Part shown: positions 53,051 to 64,000 of the stretch, one piece after another | Position numbering within the stretch: position 1 is the first letter of the stretch | How the letters are laid out: each line of letters starts with the position of its first letter | Source: Octopus vulgaris | Lineage: Eukaryota | DNA: 64,000 bases | Assembly: GCA_951406725.2 (NCBI GenBank) | Contig: OX597821.1 | Coordinates: forward strand, 46,500,001 to 46,564,000 | Reading direction: 5' to 3' | Notes under the pieces: model-generated | Seen by the model: only the letters and a program-made list of their open reading frames with translations | Database searches by the model: none | Told to the model about the DNA's origin: nothing | Translations under genes and position numbers: made by a program

Positions 53051-55970
53051 CCTTGTTGTGTCTGCGCTTGTACTCTTTCTATGCAACAGTTTCACAAGCA
53101 CTAACAATATGAGTCATGCTGTCGACCCTCTTCCCATACATTCTGCAGAGGTTATTGCACTGTGTGGTATATATTTCTTCTCACTGCCTGATCCTGGGTA
53201 GCAATGATTAGTCTTTCAGTATTCTATTTAAGGTCTCCCTTGCTGAGCCACGTCCATGATGCTTCCTAGTCTTTTAAGTTGTTAGTTGTACGGTGGAACT
53301 GACCATGTATTTCCATGCGGAATAGAGTTTCTTCTCTCCCGTTGGCTATTCGTGATCGTAATTTATTAGCACTCTTAAGTCTGTTGCTGGTAAATTCTTT
53401 TGCATTAACAGTATACTGTAGCAGATCTTGACTTTTGTTTACCAAATACTCTGCCGTGATTCTTCTTTCACTGCTGGTGTACTCCCGTACGCTAATCAGG
53501 CCACATGAACCTTCACACCTCTTCATGTAGAACCTGTGTATGTTCGCCTTAGGGTGGACGGCACCGTGCATTGTCATTGTCATTAGGGTAGTGCGATCGA
53601 GTTGATAAATCTCCGCTCCTGTCCATTTCAGAATGGGTGCGCTATAGCGGATCACAGCAACATCCCATATGTTGATGGCAGTCACAAGATTCCTTGCGTT
53701 GAGTTTTGACTTGCGTTGTGTTTTGAAGAGAATCTTGAGACGCTTCAAATATACAGTGGTGACCTTGTTTTTCATTTCTTTGCGTAAGATATTGTCCAGC
53801 TCCAGGATCCCAAGGTACTTGTACCCATCATGATCCGGGCCTTTTATTCGCTCTCCATTTGGACCTACAATGCTTCTACAGTCTGCTCTTTCACTCCGCT
53901 TCGAAGTGAACACCGCATACTTTGGGATCCATGATTCTATCCCTATATCTTTGCTGCACATCTGCACAGTCTCAACCAGTCTCTCCATTTCAGAGTCTGT
54001 TTATGCGAACTGTTTAAAATCATCCATCAAGAGAAGGTGGTTGAGATGAAGTTCATTCCTTTTCAGCTCATTATGCGCGTTGATTTTGCGTAGAGGTACA
54101 GAAAATGAGATCAAAATAACAAAGGTGAACAGGTATCTCTCTGGAAGATACTTTTGATTATTACCTCAAGTGCTGGTTGTTATAGAAAATAAGTGTTTTC
54201 CAACTAGGCATGCAGTTCTTAATCAGTGCACACAAGTTCTTAGCAACTGTTTCTCGAATCCACGACATGTCGTAAACCTTTTTAAAGTCTATCCAGGCCA
54301 TGCACAAGTATTTTTTGCTGCTGTTTGCAGTTCTTCATTACAGCCTTGTCTATCACACGGTGGTCATTGGGTCCTTTCTGGCGTCCCTTTTGTTCTACTG
54401 GCAGTGGATTGTTTTCACAAAGGACGTATATATTTTCCCTGCGAGGATGTCTGTTAACGCTTTCCATAAGAGGTTAAAATTAGCGAGGGATCAGAAATTG
54501 CCAGCCTCATTGCCCTTTGACTGATCTTTCATCAACAATCCATCTCTCTACAATCCATTCCGGAACTGCACCACTCTGTAGGCAATTGTCTCATTGCAAT
54601 GCCGTTCGTTTGTGTGTTAACCTAAACTACTGCCGCTTTCTAGTTTGGCAGTTTTGATACCTGTGTATTCACATCTTCCGTTGTTATGCGTACATGGTCT
54701 TGCTGAGGAGCCTCAGGGTGATGGAGTTCCGATCTCACGCAATGTATCCAGTAATCACCGTGGTTGTGGGAAACTTCTTGTCCCCAGATGTTATTCCAAT
54801 ATTGGTGGGTTTCGTCTGCTTCAGGAGGTATATTGTCTTCTGTATCTCCTCCTAAGCTCTTAAAAAACTGATTCTGGTTATTTGTGAATAACTTGCATTG
54901 CTGGAACTGCGATATGCAATCAAAGTAGCATTGCATCTTCAATGCTTTTGCCCGAACGCTTTTCTTTAGGGTTTTGATAAGAGTTTTAAACCTTTTCTTT
55001 TCTATTTGGTATTTTGTTTCAAGATATGCCCTCACACCTTCATTAGTATGTTTCCATTGCCCTTTGGAAAACTCTTCTATGCGACTCAAATCTTTTCCAC
55101 AAGGTTTTAATATCGCCTCCGATTCTCCGCTTCCGCTATCGCTCATTCTCTCCACCTGCTTTCCTCTCTTTCTTTCCAACCAGTTCACTTAACTAAAACT
55201 GAAGAGGATCTAATCAGGCCCCTTGTTTCCGATAGATCTTTTGTTGGAATGTACTTTTGGGTCACCCGTTTCACATTGTCACGGTCGAAGCATCTCGAAT
55301 TCACCGGTTTTGTTTCTGTTCATGTAAACATTATATCCTCCAGTCTTATCATGAGGTCCCTCTGTTCTTCAGTCATATCTTCTGGTAATACAGTATCCGC
55401 CACATTATATTGATTAGCCGGCCTTCCCTCTTCTACAACTTCACCTTGCCTACTCATTCGCTGACCTACGTTATCCTCCTCGAGGTTATCACCACTACAG
55501 AAGCTTTTCTTGATTGTCTGAATTTGGGTTTCATTAAGAAAGCCTCTGTTCCGAATCATTCCTATCTGATTCATCAGCCCATTTCTAGTAATCAAGAAAA
55601 TACCCAGCTGGTTCCAAAGTTCTAATGATCTTTCTACAACAGCATTACATTTGGCATTGCGCTTGTCTAGCAAGGCTTGCTCATGGCACTTAATTGCCGT
55701 TTTGTTCATAAAGACAGACCACTTGCGTTTGCAAGCACGTTGCATATTTTTACCATTAAAAGGACTACGACCGTGTGGAGTCTGGCCTTCCACTCCATTA
55801 CCCTCTGAAGAGACCCTGCCGGACGTGGGAGGTCTAGTATCTTGGACATCCTGGGGAGTCTTCCTGTTCATCCTGTTATTTGGGTTGGTACTAGTTATCC
55901 TCATTGTAACGAATGTGAAGGATTTTCTACAGGGTTTGCTCCCCAGGTGTTTATTTGAGATTTTCATGTA
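53051..55970 (-). mobile_element. Second, divergent R4/Dong-clade LINE pseudogene (N-terminus to zinc knuckle)
   Basis: ORFs 55320..55967, 54640..55188 (LFTNNQNQFFKSL...YWNNIW), EQKG, NHLLLMDDFKQF, and 53266..53988 (YKYLGILELDNI), followed by CRMY...THIVSAC...YKRRHN. Confidence 0.9.
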
Positions 55971-56160
55971 AAGGGTTACACCTGCTCTAATTCTATCACG
56001 CCGAATAAGTTCTCAGAATATGCATTTCTCACGTAAAATCTTATCCTAAAATGAAAACATGTGTAATATGAAATTAAAAACTGTCCCAAATATTCCAGTC
56101 TGTTTTAATGTGTAATTATCCTGGAAATATTATGATTCAACATATTTTTGAAGTAGCATA

Positions 56161-56569
56161 GGCGTAGGAGCGGCTGTGTGGTAAGTAGCTTGCTTACGAA
56201 CCACATGGTTCCGGGTTGTGTCCCACTGCGTGGCACCTCGGGTAAGTGTCTTCTACTATAGCCTCGGGCCGACCAAAGCCTTGTGAGTGGATTTTGTAGA
56301 CGGAAACTGAAAGAAGCCCGTCGTATATGTATATATATATGTATATATATGTGCGTATTTGTGTGTCTGTGTTTGTCCCCCCACCATCGCTTGACAACCG
56401 ATGCTGGTGTGTTTACGTCCCCGTAACTTAACGGTTCGGTAAAAAAGAGACCGATGAAATAAGTACTAGGCTTACAAAGAATAAGTCCTGGGGTCGATTT
56501 GATCGACTAAAGGCGGTTCTCCAGCATGGCCACAGTCACATGACTGAAACAAGTAAAAGAGTAAAAGAG
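56161..56569 (+). mobile_element. Family-B SINE, full length
   Basis: Homologous to 23726-24129. Confidence 0.9.
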
Positions 56570-57412
56570 TTTTGTCTCTGGCTTTCTCTTTTAAAATAAA
56601 ACATTTTGATATATACATTTGAATGCACAGATGGGCTTCACAATGACACAACTTGAATACAACCCAATTCTGCACACTATTTATATGTATGCATATATTG
56701 TACAGAAGTCTATCATTTCTTTTTTCTTCCAACCACCACCTCTCATTCTTATTCTGATTCTTTCTAACGTGCAGCAATGGAGTTGCGACTTCACAACATA
56801 CGCACGAAGACATACGCTGCGCGTGTGTGTGTGTGAATGCGTGCGCGCGACGCACACGTGCGTAGTTATCCATATACACATTAGTATATATACTAATATT
56901 TATATTTTGCCTGTGTATGTTTGTAGATATGTATGTGTGCATATATTGGCGTTTGTATGTTTACTGTACTTATGTATGTTTGTTTTTACTATGTGTATGT
57001 ATAAGTACAGTGAGTTTATTCTTAGGCCATTTGATTTATGTAAGTGACTATTTTATAATACAAACTTACATTTATTTAGTTTTAATTAAGCTTATTTTAT
57101 CATTAAGTAATTTATTCTGGGTATATATGTTTTTCTCCTAACTACAGTCATTTTTGAGATTTTGATGTTTGGTCTAAGGTTTTCTTTCATCTCACATAAT
57201 ACGATTTTAAACCTATCATTACCGATTAAGAAAAAGCCGTTATTCGAAAGGACAAATGGATAGAAACCAATCTCAAATGTGTATCTGTCTATGTAAATTG
57301 TATATTTTATACAAACAAACTTTATTTTGTTCCTTTCTCAATCTAAACTGTTCGCCGAACTGGAACGCGAAACTCTGTGTAGCAGTTTTTATGATATTTT
57401 TGCAGATTTAAA

Positions 57413-57454
<42 letters not shown>

Positions 57455-58739
57455 AGCAAAGGCGTATGTACGCCGCTATATGTGTATATAAAAAGTGGAA
57501 CAAAAACGCAAAACAACCGGACAGGTAGACGATACAAAGGCGGACAGGAAAAACAACAATTAGTGGGACAGGAAAAAGAAGGACGGGTCATTCGTGGCCT
57601 TCTTTCATCAGTTAAGTTACTAGAAGTCCTTACAGTTTCGGGCAGTTACACTTGAGACTGTTCGATCTGCTTGTCCCACAAAAGTCTAAGCTAAGAGCAT
57701 TAGATTTTTTGTAACAAAGCTAGCGAATGTGTGTGGCAACAAAGACAAAAGAAAAACGGAGAACATGTACACAATTACAAATACAAACAACAACAATATA
57801 ACAACAGATGTCTTTCAACTGAGGAGGAATCAAATAGAGCTGGCGTGTATAAAGTAAAAGCCATCAGGCAGGAACATAGGAGATGGACATTAGTGGTGCT
57901 GGCGGTCGGCAGTCAGGCCAAGAAAGAAATACACACACATATATAATAGAGAATGAAGGGAGAATAGGAATACTATACTATAGTCAAGAAAAAAAGACAG
58001 ACAGGTGGATGTAGTGGAGTAGATACATACTAATCAGTATAGTGGAGGTGCGCTAGTCGAGAGAGGTTAGGGGTGCATTTATAAAAAAAAATAGATAAAT
58101 AGATGAAAAATAACATATGTCAAAGGACCACCAAGGCTGGCCATAGTTAGCAAAAATGAGAGAGAAGTGGGTAGTCATAGTGGTAGATTATGTTTCTATT
58201 CTACCTTCATTCATTCTCTATTCACAACTGGAAGTGGGGTATTATCATCGAATATTCTCATTTAAAGCTGCTATTGGATATTACCTATAACCGTATTTTT
58301 CATTTGCTCATGGATCTACCTAATGTATTCTTATTTTAATCTGATCCTTCCCTCATTCTCGACAAACTGAAATACACCAATATTCACGACTGGAGATTTT
58401 CCATCGCCTTTATATTTCCCTGATTTCTCCTTGTCTGATGAAATCCTTACTCAATATGATGACCCACACGCTTGGCTATTCAGAAGCGCATGTAAAAGAC
58501 TTTGTATATATATATTCCCTATCTAAATTAAATATTGTTTGCCTTTGCAATTTTACTTTAATTTTTGTATATGCAGCAGTCTCTCGTCGAAGACGACGTA
58601 TGAGCTTTCACCTTTTTCCGAACGACAAAATGATTTGTTTATAGTGATCGAATGTTCGTGCCGCACATTAGCGCACACGCTCCATCAAACCGACCTTGTC
58701 TGAACAGGTGTACTAGGTAGCACGCGTCACGTGTGTAAA

Positions 58740-58863
58740 TGATCGCAGATCAACGTGAGATGAAAGTTTTTGCACAAGAACACAAAGCACCAGCCGGTCT
58801 AGGAATTGAAATGACGATTGCGAGATCGTGAGTCCAACACTAACCACTAAGCCATGTGCCCTC
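58740..58863 (-). mobile_element. Degenerate family-C SINE head
   Basis: Minus strand GGCACATGGCTTAGTGGTTAG...GGACTCACGATC...TTCAATTCCTAGACCGG matches the head at 47730-47801. Confidence 0.65.
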
Positions 58864-58865
58864 TT

Positions 58866-58899
<34 letters not shown>

Positions 58900-58921
58900 A
58901 GTGTGTGCATGGGCGCGTGCG

Positions 58922-58982
58922 CGTGTGTCTTTGCCTCAATGTTTGTCTCCCACCTTCGCTTGACAACAATTGTTGGTGTGTT

Positions 58983-59055
<73 letters not shown>

Positions 59056-59201
59056 ATGTTTGTGTGTCTGTGTTTGTCCCCTCAACATCACTTGACAACC
59101 GATGCTGGTGTGTTTATGTCCCCGTAACTTAGCGGTTCGGCAAAAGAGACCGATAGAATAAGTACTAGGCTTACAAAGAATAAGTCCTGGGGTCGATTTG
59201 C
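58922..59201 (+). mobile_element. Family-B SINE 3'-half fragments (partly duplicated)
   Basis: cttgacaac at ~58960 and ~59091; gtaacttagcggttcggcaaaagagaccgatagaataagtac. Confidence 0.8.
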
Positions 59202-59310
59202 TGTGTTTTGTTGTCCCTTTTTTGTATCACCTGTCTGGAAGTTTTGCGTTCTTGTTACATTTTTGTATTTTATATTACACACACACACCTACACACACAC
59301 ACACACACAT

Positions 59311-59342
<32 letters not shown>

Positions 59343-59362
59343 TTATATTTACATATATACAT

Positions 59363-59425
<63 letters not shown>

Positions 59426-59735
59426 AATAGATACAGATATAAATTAATAAATAAATGGAGTTCTGAGTTTGAATAACACCTGCGTTTAACTCCTTTTATT
59501 TATTTATCTACATTATCAAAGACATTTCACCAAAACCTAATTTAAACCTTTATAAGCAGGCTGTTACGTCCTTGGTACTTGCGTGAAATTTTGTTACTCT
59601 GATAACTATTTATTTATTTTTTCCGTGTTATTTCTAAACATTGAAAAATACACATACATTTATATATATATATTCATACATACACACACACACACACATA
59701 AACACACACATACAGACACTCACACACACACATAA

Positions 59736-59799
<64 letters not shown>

Positions 59800-60209
59800 G
59801 TAAAATATATAGGGTAGCGAGTTTTATAATGATGAGACGCGTGTTATTTGCCTCTAAATTATATGTTAATATTATGGCGCGGTTACTGATGAGAATTTCG
59901 CCTAGTAAATTATTTTTATTTACTAAATAAAATTCAAAACCTAGGTATGACCGTAAAAAAATAACAAGGTAAAAGTTTTTTTTTTCATTCCTTTCGAAAT
60001 TGCTCTTAAATGTGGTTTTGGTCGTTTTGACTACTTCTTCTAGCGTGTAAAGCTGCCTGTTAATGGTAGCTTGTCTTGTGTTTAAATGTACACACACACA
60101 CACACATATGCAAGAGGAGAATTGCCAATAAAGTCTGGTGACACTTAAGTTCTCAAGAAGCTACTTCGTTGACTGTCCGGGCCTTATTTTTTCATACTTT
60201 TAATTCTTA

Positions 60210-62335
60210 AAACGGAAGGACTCTTGAGTGTATGACTCGCGGATCAGCATCGAAGTTATGTGCCGATAAACACGATGGTAATTCAAAAAGAGCCAAAAGT
60301 GTAAACTTTTTGTCTCTTTTTAGAGTTTTAACCTTCTTCTACAGCAAATCGTCTTATAAATATCGATTTGCAGGATAAGGAAGCTGAAACCTTTTCTAAT
60401 GAAAAATCATTTTTGGCAAGTAAAGGCTGGTTTGAAAGCATTGCACATGAATTTGAACAACATAAAAATGAATGTGAAACTGCGAACATTGATGCAGAGG
60501 CTGCGACTAATTATCCAGAACAGTTGAGGAAAATGATTGCTGAAGGGAGCTACACACCAGAGCAACTACACAACGAAAGGCGGTGAGCTGGCAGAAACGC
60601 TAGCACACCGGGCGAAATGCTTAGCTCTAGGTAGACTTTCGGGGTCGATAAATTATGTACCAGTTGCGTACTGGGGTCCAGTTAATCGATTGGCCCCCTC
60701 TCCCAACATTTCAGGCGTTGTGCCTAGAGTAGAAAAGAAGTATGCAATGTTGATGAAATTGCTCTTTTCTGGAAACGCATGCCTGCTAGAACATTATTTT
60801 CTAGAGATGAAAAAGTAAACACCAGTATTTAAAGCTTCCAAAACTTGTCCGACACTTCTTTTGGGAGGAAATACTGCTGGTGATATGAAACGAAATCTCC
60901 TACTCATGTATCATTCCCAAAATTCGAAGGCTAGGGTTGCACAAAGTTTAATCTACTTCGGATTTGGAGTTCAAATAAGAATATATAGACAACTAAAAGC
61001 CTTTTCAAAGAGTGATTTTTAAACGTTTTGTTTTTGTCTTGTGGTTGAAAGATACAGTGCCAGACATAATATTTACAACCAAGCATTGCTTCTTTTAGAC
61101 AATGCTCCGAGCAATCCTGTGAAGTTAGATGAATTTTCTGATGATGAGTAACTAGAATACATCCCCAAGTATACAACTTCTTTGCTCTAGGTAGACTTTC
61201 TACGGACTTCTTAGACAAAAAAAAAAAAATTGCAAATAGCAAGGAACAAGCAATACCTTTATATATGAAAATAACAATTTCTAAACATACACGATACAAT
61301 AAAGATACAGAAAAAAATCCCTATATCGTAAGAGTACGCTCAATAATGTTATTTGAGAACTTTCAAATAATGTATGAAAGCAAATGACATGGTGGATAAA
61401 CCTACAGGTAGGGCTTTCTGGAAGAAATTCAACGTAAAAGATGCTGTAGATAAAATAGCTGAGTAATTGGATGAAGTGAAATCTTCAACTTTGAATAGTG
61501 CTTGGAAAAGTATATGATCAGACTGGATCCGTAACATTTCAAGTTTTCCTTAAGCGGAAAGTCTACATCAGATACGTAGAGATATCGTGACACTTGCAAT
61601 AGATACAGGATTTGAAGTCGTAGATGATGATGTTGCCAGTGCCCCTGAAAGAAAGTTTCTATAGCGAGGATCTGATGCTCTTAGAAAAAGAACAAGGTGA
61701 GGATACAGATGAGACAACGGAAGTTCCAACACCACCACTTAAATTGGCTACAAAAATTATTGCTAAAAGTTGGCTCTCATAGAGGAAGGTCTGCAGTCTT
61801 TTGGTGATAATGATCCTAATCGTGAAAGTAACAAAAATTACAAGAGGAATTTACAATAGACTCAGTTTTTATACTGAGCTGTACATAGATGTGATGCGTC
61901 ATAAACAACAAACAACTTTGGATAAGTTCTTCCTCCCTCAAGCTGATGTTTGTATAATGAACTATAAGGTAGTAAATATTGTCTTTCGTCCTCTTTGTAA
62001 GTCTCATTGCACCATCACCCCTCACACAGTAGTTATCTCTTTTTGTGAGAACATATTCTTACGATATTGGGATTTTTATTAATTCTCTAACGTATTCATT
62101 CCTCTTGAAATATTTTTGTTTTTTCTGTATCTTTATTGTATCGTGTATGTTTAGAAATTGTTATTTTCATATATAAAGGTAATCATATTGCTTCTTCTCT
62201 ATTGTTTTCAAATGCTTCTTTTTTTTCTAAGAAGAAAGGCAATCTCACTTCATAACATGAAACTCAATAAGAAAATGAATTTCACGTTACGGTCAGATTT
62301 TCAGGAACGCAATACTTCTGTAAAGCGAGGGATTC
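60210..62335 (+). mobile_element. Decayed pogo/Tigger (TIGD-like) transposon
   Basis: FLASKGWFE, ANIDAEAATNYPEQLRKMIAEGSYTPEQ, NVDEIALFWKRMP, TLLLGGNTAGD, LLLDNAPS, P.YTTSLL, KQQTTLDKFF. Terminal ggaacgcaa...gtaaagcgaggga resembles a Tigger end. Confidence 0.85.
60577..60737 (+). mobile_element. Internally deleted family-A SINE inserted in the Tigger transposase
   Basis: aaggcggtgagctggcagaaac...ctttcggggtcgataaattatgtaccag; splits the PEQ / NVDE motif. Confidence 0.85.
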
Positions 62336-62408
62336 ATATATATATATATTTCGTTTTTGGATTTGGTTTGCAAGATTCTTTATATGAGTTCGTGTGTTGA
62401 AGCATATT

Positions 62409-62595
62409 CTGTTGTGTCTGAGAGAGTCATTTTCTTTTTGTGCCTTATAATGTAACACACTCACCGGTAAAATTTCCACTTTTTTCTTATTCTTACTTTC
62501 CTAAAATTTTCGTTGCATCTTGCAACCTTTTCAATAGTCTTGAGTGTGTTACATTATAAGGCACAAAAAGAAAATGATTCTCCCCAGACACAACA

Positions 62596-62596
<1 letters not shown>
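62409..62596. repeat. ~55-bp inverted repeat with 77-nt spacer, abutting (TA)n
   Basis: ctgttgtgtctg...ccttataatgtaacacactca (62409-62463) / tgagtgtgttacattataagg...cagacacaacag (62541-62596). Confidence 0.9.
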
Positions 62597-62657
<61 letters not shown>

Positions 62658-64000
62658 AAAGAGAGATATGTAAATAGACATACTGTATTCAAAAGATAGG
62701 AATTTTAGATTCTATCTGCACATTATAAAAATTGTCCAAAGAAACAAAGATTTTTAGCAGTTATGCAATTAATACATGCCAAGTATCATTATTTCATGTA
62801 CTGTTCATAGTGGGAAGACAAAAGTTAGCTACAGTGTCATGAGATACTTCCAGTCTTTTAATAACATTTCTTTGTTTCACAATCATTTTGGTAATTGCTT
62901 ATTTCCAATCAATCTTTTAATGTTTTTTAATGTTTTAAATCTGGTGTTGTTTATTTGCAGCAGTAAAATACTATATTGCAATTTACAAATTCGATAAATA
63001 AGGTCAATTTTTTTCAACAGCTCAGATTAATGGACAGCTATATATAAACATAACAGCACTTCTATCCAAACGTTGAAGCTACGATATTAGAGGTCTGTTA
63101 AAATATTTGCAATTGAAAACAATAATACCCAGTTGAAAGCCAATGCATTTGAGTTCATTCTTACACATAAAAAAAAGAAAAAAAATCCGAAGTCACGTTC
63201 GTGATGCTATTCTACCGCCAAGTTTGTCCCTAGTATCTAGTTAAGAGGAAGTTATCGCATCCAAAATAATTTTCTCATCATGTACTGGCTATTACTTTAT
63301 CTACTACAGAAGGCCTACCATTTCTCTTACATATGTGGGAATGATGGTTTTAAGCAGGATATTTCTGCAGAAGTGCTAGTGATGCATTGTAAGTGATTAT
63401 GGACATAGAACGCATATCTTTTGCTTTTGCCCTCATTTCAAATATTTGAACCAATACTATCAGGTCAACAGCGCTTAATAGACTGGCAGCTTTATGAAGA
63501 TGAACTCTGTATATTTATTGCCAGAGATTGGCATGAGGCCAGCATACAGGCTAAATTAGATTAGTGGTGTCACCTTCGGTGAATCACCCTGCAAATGAAC
63601 ATATTTTGGTTCACAGCTAGAATTTATTAATTCTACAAATATTCAAACACAGCAAAATGAAATACATTGTTTTTATTGTAATCATTTGTCTTCAATTTAG
63701 AATGGTCAATTGTACTTTTTTCTTAATTTCTAGCTGTTGCAAATAGATGAAATTTGAAATATGGTAGACCTAGTATTTTTCCAAATTGAATGGTAATCTG
63801 CAAATTTACCACAAGCTTTCTACAATAGAAGTTTTGTATCTCACTAAGCACAAAGACCTTGTATTTTGGCGGAGAAGCCTATATTATAGAAATATAGTAT
63901 TGAGGCATCTTCAACTTTTCTAATGATATCATCAGCATAATCGATATGGAATGATTTTAAATGGGGAATTAATCTGCATCTCTGACTCAGCTTGTCGGAA

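Overview
AT-rich eukaryotic DNA saturated with microsatellites ((TA)n, (CA)n, (TACA)n, (TCTA)n, (GA)n, (TAA)n, (TTC)n). The repeat repertoire suggests an Octopus (coleoid cephalopod) genome; this is from recognition, not a database search. I found no host protein-coding exon, tRNA or rRNA gene, so the window looks intergenic or intronic. Nearly all ORF-track entries are microsatellite translations or antisense shadows. Recognisable content is decayed mobile DNA: a Gypsy pol fragment, an internally inverted mariner, a piggyBac, a pogo/Tigger element, two MITEs, two 5'-truncated RTE LINEs with TSDs, three R4/Dong-type LINE pieces, four Penelope-like (PLE) coding fragments and three tRNA-derived SINE families. 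Two patterns deserve the closest look. (1) Minimal type-I hammerhead-ribozyme motifs sit in short TA-flanked units: one has a canonical core, four have recurrent non-canonical cores, and two of those four form a tandem pair 326 nt apart. (2) At least eight fold-back inverted duplications are centred on or abut (TA)n tracts, and one has a TTAGGG loop. Both patterns may reflect a microsatellite-targeting PLE/retrozyme-like process; this link is inference.
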